Assembly (NCBI GenBank): GCA_049999805.1
Contig: JBNGIO010006255.1
Location: 403,821 to 431,529, forward strand
Length of the DNA: 27,709 bases
Direction: 5' to 3'
Source: Folioceros fuciformis
Taxonomy: Eukaryota
The position numbers and the translations under genes were made by a program. The notes below the pieces were generated by a model, which saw only the letters and a program-made list of their open reading frames with translations, ran no database searches and was not told the DNA's origin. Below are positions 1 through 9,814 of this stretch, in pieces; within the stretch, counting starts at the first letter, position 1; each line of letters starts with the position of its first letter.

Positions 1-359
1 GTCTAGAGGAAATTTTTGAATTCCTTGTAAAGAGGAAAGTGTCTTCTGTCCATAGTAATGTACTATAGTATCTAATAAGGCTTGTGAGTTTGCAAAGTCT
101 TTGTCCAGGTTTCACTTCAAAATGTGCAACAAGGATCATGATGATCTCACATTATACTAGAGGTCATTGAAGGCAATGATATCTAGAGCTATCTTGATGA
201 ACATGCAAGTGTGCCTGCTTTATGTTGTCTTATGGAACAAGCTTGTGTTGTATGTTCCATGTTGAAACTCCTCAGAAGATGGAGTTGTAGCAACCACATC
301 TAGTGCTTTGTAAGATGAGTGCTGTGTAATTACACAATAAGAATGCACAATTTGGGAAT

Positions 360-600
360 CCTATAAGGTTCCTGGATTTGATAGTAACTTAGCTATAGAG
401 TATAAAGAACTAGGGTAGAAGCTTTGAGGACATGGAGAGAGAGAGAGAGTGATTGTCTCGAGCTTAGTTGTGAGCTCACTATGAAGAAATAATCGTGGAG
501 GGCTTGAAGAGGCTAATCACGATACCCTGCTCAAGGAAGGGGTATTACTGTCCCTGCATTTGTGCCTCCTTATGTTGCATGCGTTTGCCCATCTCTATCC
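360..600 (+). mobile_element. Possible degenerate LTR-like fragment
   Basis: TATAAAG followed by a (GA)n tract, and a 17-mer GTGGAGGGCTTGAAGAG (495-511) identical to 25115-25131 and 25191-25207 in the putative solo LTR. Confidence 0.3.
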
Positions 601-822
601 ATGATGATGTCTACTTCCAAAGTGACTAGCTTAGGGCCCAAAGTTGTCTAAAAAAACGATTGCAACACATAATAACATTATTTTAATTAAATTTAATATA
701 TTTACTTTTGTCGGGGTCGTCTCTTGTGGCGACATCATGTACTGGTTCCCACGCTCCGATTGAGGAAGCAGGTACGTGAACAGAGGGTCATTTTGCTGAA
801 GAAGTTCGGATGCAGCGTGTGG

Positions 823-2874
823 ATGCTGGGTGCAGTGGAAATGCATTGGGCCGTGACGGCAGAGACCGTCAGTAGACTGTGTCAGGAAGGGCACGTCGGA
901 GAGGCTGTTGAGGCTCTGGGATGTCTGGTACACGCAGAGTGTGAGGCTTCTAAATCTCTCTTTTATGAAGTCATAAAAGGATGTGGGAAGGAGCTGTCTC
1001 TGGGTCGCCGTGTTCATGCTCTTGCACTGTGCAAGGGGTATGATTCGGATACGTTCTTGTGCAATCACATCCTGCGGATGTATGCTTCCCATGCCAGGTT
1101 GGAGGAAGCTATGGATGTGTTCAATATGGTTGCCAAACCAGATGCCTTCACATGGTCGGCTATCATCTCAGCTCATGTGAAGCACGGGCAAGATGTGCGT
1201 GCCATACAATTGTATCATGGAATGCGCGAGTCGGGGGTGAAGCCAGATTGCCATGTCTTTGTGGCAGCGCTTCAGGCTTGTTCGAGGGGAGGAGACTTGA
1301 AATCTGGGCAGCAGGTGCATGCGGATGTGTTGGCTAGTGGTGTAAAGCCTAACGCATTCGTTTCTAGTGGCTTGGTGGACATGTATGCTAAATGTGGCAG
1401 CCTGGAAGAAGCGCAAAGAGTGTTTGATGGGCTGCCCCAGAAAGATTTAGTGACTTGGAGTGCCATGATAGCAGGATACTCCCAGCAGGGCATGGGACAG
1501 GAGGCCCTTCATTTGTACAGGACCATGGAAGACGAGGGCATCGTTGAAATAGATTATGTAACGTTTTTGTGCCTCTTACAGGCATGTGCAAGTGTCGGCA
1601 CCCTGGCTTTGGAGAAGGGCAGGCAGCTTCATGGACAGATCAAAGAACGAGGACTTCAAGCTGACGTTTTTGTGGCCAGCAGTTTGGTCAACATGTACGC
1701 AAAGTGTGGCAGCCTAGAGGACGCTAGGGTCGTATTCGACGGACTTGGTGAGAAAAATGTGGTAACGTGGAATACCATGATAGCTGGGTACTCTCAGCAG
1801 GGCATGGGGGAGGATGCCGTTCTTGTGTTCAGGGCCATGCAAGAAGAAAGCATTGTTGCACCCAATGGCGTCACATTTGCAGGCCTCCTTCAGGCATGTG
1901 CAAGTCTGTCCTGTTTGGATCTGGGACAGCAAGTTCATGCACAAGTTAAAGAACAAGGGCTTCATGTCGATTTGCTTGTAGCCGGCAGTTTGATCAACAT
2001 GTACGGAAAGTGCGGGTGCATGGATTATGCGCAGCAGGTCTTCGAGGAGGTGCTCAATAGAGACGTGTCCACTTGGAATGCACTAATTGCTGGATACACC
2101 CGACAAGGAGACAGCGAAGAGGTCTTCCAACTGGTCCACAGAATGAAACAGGATGGCATACAGCCAGACGGCATAACCTTCCTGAGCTTGCTTACAGTAT
2201 GCAGCCATACAGGGCTAGTGGGCAAGGGGCGAGAATACTTCCAGGCTATGAGCAGACTCGGCACCATCACCCCCACGGCAGACCATTACACGTGCATGGT
2301 GGATCTCCTGGGCCGTGCAGGACACCTTGATGAGGCACTACATCTGGCAAGGACAATGCCTATGCGGCCCAATACCTCAGTGTGGCACACCCTGTTGAGT
2401 GCTTGTCGAAAGTGGGGAAATGTGGACGTGGGACATCATGCTTTTGATGAAGCTGTGAGGCTAGACGAGAAAGATGCCGCAGCTTATGTGTTGATGTCAA
2501 ACATATACACAGACGCCCAGATGTGGGAAGAGGCACAGGAGATGCAGGCCAGGAGACTAAGAATCGGGGCATGGAAGGAGCCAGGGCAGAGCTGGTGGAT
2601 AGACATGGACGGACTTGAGCATTGTTTCCTGGTGGGGAACGCCAAGCATAATCCCGGAAGTGAACTGAAGCTGGAGCGCATTCTTCACAAGAGGACGAAG
2701 GAACCGCATGTTGCAAAAACGAACTCGGATATGCCTCGTGATGGATGGCCCACTGTGAGTGTGAAAAATTTGCGGTTCTCCGTTCTTTGTCGAAGTGCCC
2801 CATTACACGCAGCTTTTGTAGAGAGGCGAACTCGCATGCACTGCGGTGTGCCCGTACACGGCGCCTGCATTTGA
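823..2874 (+). CDS. PLS-class PPR protein (copy 1), E1-E2 + WW-type PG box, degenerate DYW-like tail
   Basis: ORF 724-2874 opens at TTG; first in-frame ATG is 823, next is 841. Repeating S (LVDMYAKCGSLEEA), P (VVTWxAMIAGYSQQG) and L (VTFxCLLQACA) motifs, then P2-L2-S2 (ITFLSLLTVCSHTGLV, DHYTCMVDLLGRAG), E1/E2 (AAYVLMSNIY) and KEPGQSWWIDMDG. Start codon uncertain. Confidence 0.9.
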   Translation: MLGAVEMHWAVTAETVSRLCQEGHVGEAVEALGCLVHAECEASKSLFYEVIKGCGKELSLGRRVHALALCKGYDSDTFLCNHILRMYASHARLEEAMDVFNMVAKPDAFTWSAIISAHVKHGQDVRAIQLYHGMRESGVKPDCHVFVAALQACSRGGDLKSGQQVHADVLASGVKPNAFVSSGLVDMYAKCGSLEEAQRVFDGLPQKDLVTWSAMIAGYSQQGMGQEALHLYRTMEDEGIVEIDYVTFLCLLQACASVGTLALEKGRQLHGQIKERGLQADVFVASSLVNMYAKCGSLEDARVVFDGLGEKNVVTWNTMIAGYSQQGMGEDAVLVFRAMQEESIVAPNGVTFAGLLQACASLSCLDLGQQVHAQVKEQGLHVDLLVAGSLINMYGKCGCMDYAQQVFEEVLNRDVSTWNALIAGYTRQGDSEEVFQLVHRMKQDGIQPDGITFLSLLTVCSHTGLVGKGREYFQAMSRLGTITPTADHYTCMVDLLGRAGHLDEALHLARTMPMRPNTSVWHTLLSACRKWGNVDVGHHAFDEAVRLDEKDAAAYVLMSNIYTDAQMWEEAQEMQARRLRIGAWKEPGQSWWIDMDGLEHCFLVGNAKHNPGSELKLERILHKRTKEPHVAKTNSDMPRDGWPTVSVKNLRFSVLCRSAPLHAAFVERRTRMHCGVPVHGACI

Positions 2875-3274
2875 CGACTTTAAAGCTCATCCAGATCCAC
2901 GCATTCTTCCCAGAGAATCCCAGAGCTCTTCCTCGTCACGTATATACGTACATCGCACCGAAAGACATTCCTGTATCCCAACAACAGCTCCAGATGTCAA
3001 CCTTTGCACTTGAACGAACCACATGTTAGACGACCAACCTACATGGTCACGGAAAACCTGGCACCTGCAGACCGGCCGTCAAGAAGGCAAGTGGAGCCTG
3101 GTGGATAATCGTGACCATGATCAAGGCCAATCGTGGACGAGCTTATGATAAACGATCGCTAATTGTGTCCTTGACTATGACAAGCTCTTGATTAGTGGCG
3201 CTGCCCGATGGTTTTGTGCGTCACGCTGGTTGGCTGTGCCGGCAGCCATAATCTCAGTGCTGTGATCCTGAGGC

Positions 3275-6200
3275 ATGGATGTCTGGACCTTTGCTGTTGA
3301 CTCCCTCAAACCGCAACAGGAAACACTGGGGAGACCGTTTGTATGCACCCTGCAGGGTGGTAGCTTGAGTTTTGTAGGAAGTTGTCCCGTTCACGTGAAT
3401 TGGAGGTGTCTAGTGGAACCCAGCAGATGCTGCACCTTGGTAAGAAAGCCAAGCTGTGTAACAGTATGTCGGGCTACTGTGGAAATGCAGGTGGGTGGGT
3501 GGACTACATTGAACCGGAGCGTGCCGGATGGCGAACCTGGCAAGGTTGCAGGGAGTGGAAAGGGCGTCACCGTCAAAACTGTGAACAGATTGTGTCAGAG
3601 GGGAGAGCTTGCTCAGGCCATCGAGGCTGTAGGAGTGCTGGTGCTGACAGACTGTCGTGTTACCAAATTTGTGTTTTACACCATCGTGAGGCAATGTGTG
3701 GCTGCTAAGGATCTGTGTTTGGGTCGCCGTGTTCATGCTCTCGCGGTGGAGAAGGGGTATGACTCAGATGCGTTCTTGGGCAATCACATCCTGCGGATGT
3801 ATATTTCTCATACTAAGTTGCAAGAGGCTATGGATGTGCTCAGTATGATAGCCAGACCAGATGCTTTCACGTGGTCTGCTGTGATTTCTGGGCATGTTAA
3901 GCACGGGGAAGATAAACAGGCCATAGAACTGTACAGGGGGATGCGTGGCTCGAGTGTGGAGCCAGATGGACATGTGTTTGTGGCAGCCCTTCAGGCTTGT
4001 GCAAGGGGAGGAGATCTGAAGTCTGGGCAGCAGGTTCATGCTGATGTGCTGGCTAGTGGCGTGAAGCATGATTTGTTTGTGTGGAACTCCTTGGTGGACA
4101 TGTATGCAAAATGTGGCAGCTTGGAAGAAGCTCAGAGATTGTTTGACGGACTTGGTGAAAAGGATGTGGTGACATGGAATGCTTTGATAGCCGGATACGC
4201 CAAGCAGGGCATGGGGCAGGAAGCCCTTCACCTGTACAGGGCCATGGAAGAGGAAGGCATAATCGCACCAAATTCTGTGACATTTGTGTGCCTCCTGCAG
4301 GCTTGTGCAAGCGTGGGCGCATCAGCTTTGGAGGAGGGGAAACAACTTCATGCAAAAATTAAAGACCAAGGGCTTCAGGCTGACGTCGTTGTAGGTGGGA
4401 GTCTGGTAAACATGTATGCAAAATGTGTCAGCATCGATGATGCTCGGTACGTCTTTGATCGACTTGATGTAAAAAATGTAGTGACTTGGAGCTCCATGAT
4501 AGCAGGGTATTCACAGCAGGGCATGGGGCAAGAAGCCCTTCGCCTTTACAGGGCTATGCAAGAGGAGGGCCTGGCTGCGCCAGATTCTGTCACATTTGGG
4601 TCCCTCCTCCGGGCTTGTGCAAGTGTGGGCACGACGGCTTTGGAGAAGGGGAAGCAGCTTCATGCAGAAATTAGACAATGCGGGCTCGAGGATAACGGGT
4701 TTGTAGCTAGCAGTTTGGTGAACATGTATGCAAAGTGCGGAGGTATAGAGGTTGCCCGTGGCGTGTTTGACAGTCTTCGCCAAAAAAACGTGGTGACTTG
4801 GAGCGCCATGGTAGCAGGATATTCCCAACAAGGCATGGGGGAGGAAGCCCTTCGTGTCTACGAGGCCATGCAAGAAGAAGGCATTGTTGCACCTAATTCT
4901 GTGACATTTGTTTGCCTCCTGCAGGCATGTTCAAGTGTGGGGACCTCTGCTCTGGAGAAGGGGAGGCAGCTTCATGCACAAATTAGGGGACTAGAACTGG
5001 AGGCCGATGTGTTTGTAGCCAGCAGTCTGGTACACATGTATGCAAAATGCGGCAGCTTAGAAGATGCTGAGAGAGTATTTGAGGGACTTGGTGAAAAGAA
5101 TGTTGTGACATGGAGTTCCATGATAGCAGGATATTCCCAGCAGGGTATGGGGCTGAAGGCCCTTCGCCTCCACACAGAAATGCAACAAGAAGGCATGGCT
5201 GCACCTGATTCTGTGACGTTTGCGTGCCTTCTGCAGGCATGTGCAAGTATAGGCACCCCGGCCTTGGAGAAAGGGAGACAGCTTCACGCAGAGATCAGAG
5301 AACAAGCGATCGAGGCTGATTTGTTTGTAGCCAACAGCTTGGTAACCATGTACGCAAAATGCGGCAGCCTAGAGGAAGCGCGGGAGGTATTTGACGCATT
5401 AGTTCAAAAGGATGTTGTGACATGGAATGCAATGATAGCAGGATATTCCCAGCAGGGAATGGGGCTTGGCGCTCTTGAGCTGTTTCGGACAATGCAGGAA
5501 GAAGGCATTGTTGAACCCAATTGTGTGACGTTTGTGTGCCTTCTTCAGGCATGCGCTAGCGTAGCAGCTTTACCTCAAGGGCGGCAACTTCATGTACAGA
5601 TCAAAGAACAAAACCTCCACGCTGATTTGCTTGTAGCTGGCAATTTGATAAATATGTATGGGAAGTGTGGCAGCATGCTTGATGCGCGGCAGGTGTTTCA
5701 GGCATTGCCAAAAAGAGATGTCTTCACATGGAGTGCACTCATCGCCGGATACACCCGTCAAGGAGACAGTGAAGAGGTGTTTGGCCTGCTTCGCAAAATG
5801 GAAAAGGATGGCATACAGCCAGACAGCATCACATTCCTCAGTGTACTAACAGTGTGCAGTCACACGGGTCTCGTGAACAAGGGCCGGCAATACTTTGAGG
5901 ACATGAGCAAGCACTATGGCATCACTCCCACGGCGGATCACTATACATGCATGGTGGATCTTCTAGGTCGTTCTGGACAACTGCAGGAGGCACTGGCTCT
6001 GATACAGACAATGTCTGTACCGCCTGATGCTGCTCTTTGGCGGACTCTTTTGGGTGCCTGTCAAAAATGGAGCGATGTGACTGTTGGACTGTATGCTTTC
6101 AATGAAGCTGTCAAGCTAGACGAGAAAGATTCCGCAGCGTATGTGTTGATGTCCAACGTATACACCAGTGCCCAGATGTGGGAGCAAGCGCGGGAGATGC

Positions 6201-6301
6201 AGTCTCGGAGAAAAACTGTTGGAGCGTGGAAGCAGCCCGGCCAGACCTGGTGGACAGACATGAATGGACAGGTGCACAGATTTTCAGTTGCGGATCTTTG
6301 A
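3275..6301 (+). CDS. PLS-class PPR protein (copy 2), E1-E2 + WW-type PG box, truncated before DYW catalytic region
   Basis: 1008-aa ORF with ~95-aa N-terminal extension (possible organelle targeting peptide), seven S motifs before P2-L2-S2 at ~312-nt period, ending KQPGQTWWTDMNGQVHRFSVADL*. Confidence 0.93.
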   Translation: MDVWTFAVDSLKPQQETLGRPFVCTLQGGSLSFVGSCPVHVNWRCLVEPSRCCTLVRKPSCVTVCRATVEMQVGGWTTLNRSVPDGEPGKVAGSGKGVTVKTVNRLCQRGELAQAIEAVGVLVLTDCRVTKFVFYTIVRQCVAAKDLCLGRRVHALAVEKGYDSDAFLGNHILRMYISHTKLQEAMDVLSMIARPDAFTWSAVISGHVKHGEDKQAIELYRGMRGSSVEPDGHVFVAALQACARGGDLKSGQQVHADVLASGVKHDLFVWNSLVDMYAKCGSLEEAQRLFDGLGEKDVVTWNALIAGYAKQGMGQEALHLYRAMEEEGIIAPNSVTFVCLLQACASVGASALEEGKQLHAKIKDQGLQADVVVGGSLVNMYAKCVSIDDARYVFDRLDVKNVVTWSSMIAGYSQQGMGQEALRLYRAMQEEGLAAPDSVTFGSLLRACASVGTTALEKGKQLHAEIRQCGLEDNGFVASSLVNMYAKCGGIEVARGVFDSLRQKNVVTWSAMVAGYSQQGMGEEALRVYEAMQEEGIVAPNSVTFVCLLQACSSVGTSALEKGRQLHAQIRGLELEADVFVASSLVHMYAKCGSLEDAERVFEGLGEKNVVTWSSMIAGYSQQGMGLKALRLHTEMQQEGMAAPDSVTFACLLQACASIGTPALEKGRQLHAEIREQAIEADLFVANSLVTMYAKCGSLEEAREVFDALVQKDVVTWNAMIAGYSQQGMGLGALELFRTMQEEGIVEPNCVTFVCLLQACASVAALPQGRQLHVQIKEQNLHADLLVAGNLINMYGKCGSMLDARQVFQALPKRDVFTWSALIAGYTRQGDSEEVFGLLRKMEKDGIQPDSITFLSVLTVCSHTGLVNKGRQYFEDMSKHYGITPTADHYTCMVDLLGRSGQLQEALALIQTMSVPPDAALWRTLLGACQKWSDVTVGLYAFNEAVKLDEKDSAAYVLMSNVYTSAQMWEQAREMQSRRKTVGAWKQPGQTWWTDMNGQVHRFSVADL

Positions 6302-6986
6302 TATAAAAGAACTTGATTCAAAATCTGGCAAGAGCAGCATTCGAGTGACATCCTCAGCCCTCCGACTGAGAGACAGATGATCGTTTGCGATGATAGTCAC
6401 AAAGGTGTACATTTAGAATCTCAGACTTGGAAGAACGCGATCGACAACTTGTCAGCCTCAGCAGCGGTAAGATTTGCAGTCTCGCGATTCTTGCCAAATT
6501 GATCGAATCACATAATCGTCGTAGGGAGCTCATAGATATGGTGAATTTCTCATACTTGGGGTTCTTGCAAGCAAGGACTGCTTGTAGTACGCCAATGCTG
6601 CCTAGCATGCATTTGTGGCTGAGTATACCCTCTGCGTGCGGGAAGCATGCCAGGATGACTTTGGGACGGCAAGCATTCGATCTGTGACAGAAGAGCCATG
6701 AGAACTTGCAGCTTTCGTGGTCACGTTCAACATATATGCCCAAGCTTGCGGTTGGGGATCTGCAAAGAACATGGAGGAGCGGAGTCACGAAACAGTTGCG
6801 TAGAGGGTGCTTGGCCACGGCTCGATCGAGCATGAGCAGGGATTGAGAACTTTCGATCCATGAAGCAGTGTTCCATGGATAGCTGGAAGAGCAGAGATGC
6901 ATCTGTATCCATCTTTACAAGAGTCCAGGTAGTGGCATGGTGGTCCGTTTCTCATTTTGGAAGTAGCAACTAGAGTTTTGATGGGA

Positions 6987-9410
6987 CTAGGGATGCTTCT
7001 CATCTCCAACCAAGAAACTGTGCACAAGTCCATACTGGTCTGTCCACCAGCTCTGGCCTGGCTGCTTCCATGCCCTCATTCTTTTTCTCCGAAACTGCAT
7101 TTCCTGTGCATGCTCCCACATTTGGGCGCTGGTGTATATGTTGAACATCAACACATAAGCTGCAGAAACGGTTTCCTCTAACTTCACTGCTTCGTCAAAA
7201 GCATACCGCCCCACCTGTACGTTGCTCCACATCTGACAAGCACCCAACAGGGTGTACCAGACCACAGCACTAGGCGACACAGGCATTGATTTTATCAGTC
7301 TCAGGGCCTGGTCCAGTTGTCCTGCTCGGCCCAGGAGATCCACCATGCATGTATAGTGGTCGACAGTGGGCGTGATGCCATAATATCTGCTCATTGCCTC
7401 AAAGTACTCCCACCCTTCCTCCACTAGACCCGCATGACTGCACACTGCAAGTACACTAAGGAATGTGACGCTGTCTGGACGCACGCCATCACCTTCCATC
7501 CTCTGGACCGAGTCGAAGACAACGCCACACCGTCCTTGAGAGGTGTATCCTGCAATTAGTGCGTTCCAGATAACAACATTCCTTCTGGGCAATGCATCAA
7601 ACACCTGCTGCGCTTCAACCATACTACCCGACTTTCCATACATATTAATCAAACTGCCTGCCACAACCTCCTCTGTTTCAAGACATTGTTCTACAATCTG
7701 CCCATGTAACTGCCTTCCCAGACGCAAAGCAGCCACATTCGCACATGCCTGAAGGAGGCACACAAATGTGGGGACATCCTGTACAGCCATACCTTCTGCT
7801 ACCATAGCTCTGTAGAGACGAAGAGCTTGCTGCCCCATGCCCTGCTGGGAATACCCTGTTATCATGGCAGTCCATGTCACCGCATCTTTCTGACCAAGTC
7901 CGTCAAACACTGTCTGAGCATCGTCTAAGCTGCCACACTTTGCGTACATGTTCACCAAACTGCTGGTTACAAAGACATCAGCCTCAAGTCCTCGTTCCCT
8001 AATCTGTGCATGGACTTGCTTCCCCTTCTCCAAAGCTGGAGTGCCCACGCTTGCACATGCCTGGAGGATGCACACAAATGTCACGGGAGTGGGTGCAGCC
8101 ATACCTTCTTTCACCATAGCATTGTGGAGACGCAGCGCTTCAGCACCCATCCGTTGTTGGGAATACCCTGCTATCATGGCATTCCACGTAACCACATCCT
8201 TGTGACCAAGTCCATCGAACACCCCTTGGGCATCTTCCAAGCTGCCACACTTTGCATACATGTTCACCAAACTGTTGGCTACAAACACATCCCCTTCACA
8301 TCCCCGTTCGCGTACCTGAGTATGAAGGTGCTTCCCCGTCTCCAACGCCAAGGTGCCCACACTTGCACATGCCTGGAGGAGACACACGAACGTTACAGAA
8401 TTTGGTACAGCCATGCCTTCCTCTCGCATGGCATTGTAGAGACGAAGAGCCTCCTGCCCCTTGCCCTGCTGAGAATACCCTGCTATCAAGGCAGTCCACG
8501 TCACCACATCCTTCTGACCAAGCCCGTCGAACACATCCTGGGCATCCTCCAAGCTGCCACATTTTGCATACATGTCCACCAAGCAACTATAGACAAACAG
8601 ATTACCCCCGACGCCACTGGCCAACACATCAGCATGCACCTGCTGCCCACTCTTCAAGTCCAAGCCCCTTGCACAAGCTTGAAGAGCTGCTACAAACACA
8701 TGACCATCCGGCTCCACTCCAGACCTCCGCATCCCATGATACAGTTCTATGGCCTCCTTGTCTCGCCCGTTTCTAACATGGGCAGAAATGATGGCTGACC
8801 ACGTAAAAGCATCAGGCTTGGTCACTGCTTCAAACACGTCCATCGCATCTTGCAACCTGCCATGGGAGGCATACATTCGCAGAATGTGGAAGCCCAGAAA
8901 CGTATCTGACTGAAACCCCTTTCTCACCACCACGGTATGCACTCGGCTCCCCAGCACAAGCTCCTTCTTTGCTACACAACCCTTCAGGACCGCGTACAGG
9001 ACAGACTTGGAAACAAATCGCTTCGTCTGCACCAGAATTTCCAATCCCTGGACTGCCTCAGTGAGACGACCCTCATCACATAGCCTGCTCACCGTGGTAG
9101 CCGTCATGCCCAAATCATCACCTGCAGGCCCGTCAGGCAAGCTAGCTGGTCTGGAACCGGGAACGGAGACGCAGCGAGACGTTTCCTTCCCCGTTTCCAG
9201 AGCAGCGAGCTTCGCAACCACCACAGTTGGCCGGTAGCAAGTGTTCAACCAGAGCATCTCCAGAGACTGCCTTCGCCCGACGCCAGGCAAATGGCGGTTT
9301 CGGCCCAAGGTCTCCCATCCACGGGCCTCTCTGAAACATACCTGTCCATCCTTGTGGCTCAGCGATTTTGCTTGACAGGGCCATGAATTCGCTAAGCCAG
9401 GGCAGCGCAT
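6987..9410 (-). CDS. PLS-class PPR protein (copy 3, inverted orientation), E1-E2 + WW-type PG box
   Basis: 807-aa ORF, same motif architecture, five S motifs before P2-L2-S2, ends KQPGQSWWTDQYGLVHSFLVGDEKHP*(TAG). Confidence 0.93.
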   Translation of the reverse strand: MRCPGLANSWPCQAKSLSHKDGQVCFREARGWETLGRNRHLPGVGRRQSLEMLWLNTCYRPTVVVAKLAALETGKETSRCVSVPGSRPASLPDGPAGDDLGMTATTVSRLCDEGRLTEAVQGLEILVQTKRFVSKSVLYAVLKGCVAKKELVLGSRVHTVVVRKGFQSDTFLGFHILRMYASHGRLQDAMDVFEAVTKPDAFTWSAIISAHVRNGRDKEAIELYHGMRRSGVEPDGHVFVAALQACARGLDLKSGQQVHADVLASGVGGNLFVYSCLVDMYAKCGSLEDAQDVFDGLGQKDVVTWTALIAGYSQQGKGQEALRLYNAMREEGMAVPNSVTFVCLLQACASVGTLALETGKHLHTQVRERGCEGDVFVANSLVNMYAKCGSLEDAQGVFDGLGHKDVVTWNAMIAGYSQQRMGAEALRLHNAMVKEGMAAPTPVTFVCILQACASVGTPALEKGKQVHAQIRERGLEADVFVTSSLVNMYAKCGSLDDAQTVFDGLGQKDAVTWTAMITGYSQQGMGQQALRLYRAMVAEGMAVQDVPTFVCLLQACANVAALRLGRQLHGQIVEQCLETEEVVAGSLINMYGKSGSMVEAQQVFDALPRRNVVIWNALIAGYTSQGRCGVVFDSVQRMEGDGVRPDSVTFLSVLAVCSHAGLVEEGWEYFEAMSRYYGITPTVDHYTCMVDLLGRAGQLDQALRLIKSMPVSPSAVVWYTLLGACQMWSNVQVGRYAFDEAVKLEETVSAAYVLMFNIYTSAQMWEHAQEMQFRRKRMRAWKQPGQSWWTDQYGLVHSFLVGDEKHP

Positions 9411-9814
9411 ATCTCAGCTCGACTGGACTTCCCCTGAGATATGCCTGCAGCAGTACAGACATTGCCTGCATTTGACAGGAGTCTCAAAACCCATCATCAG
9501 ATGCGCAGATTATGTTGGGCTAAGTCTGTGGTTGGTCCCAGCACACTTACAAGCTCTTGTGAATCATATCAACGGTATGTAGTTCAGACAGTTCGTGTTC
9601 CTGTGAGCGATGGGGTGTTCTAGCAACAGCTCCGGCTGGGAACATCCCAATTCAAGGAGCCAATCGCGGGCAGACAACGAAGCTCCCAGATGCAGGATTG
9701 CCGAGAGAAGTGCACCTCGCGCAACAGGATATCTGGCAGCAGACCGGCCTTGCAGGGCTACCCGTTGCCAATTGGGTCTCTGGCTGGACAAATTCCACAA
9801 GCCAGTTTGGGTGG

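Noticed and set aside
1-330. Possible decayed coding sequence at the window start
   Set aside because: Multiple stops and no recognisable motif.
2745-3029. Alternative-frame HCECEKFAV as a DYW HSEKLA motif in copy 1
   Set aside because: The same bases read in the main frame give the better match KNLRxxxxC; both cannot be homologous.
6354-6986. DYW relic downstream of copy 3 (minus strand)
   Set aside because: Only faint resemblances (SKMR..YLDS, DASL); not enough to support by eye.
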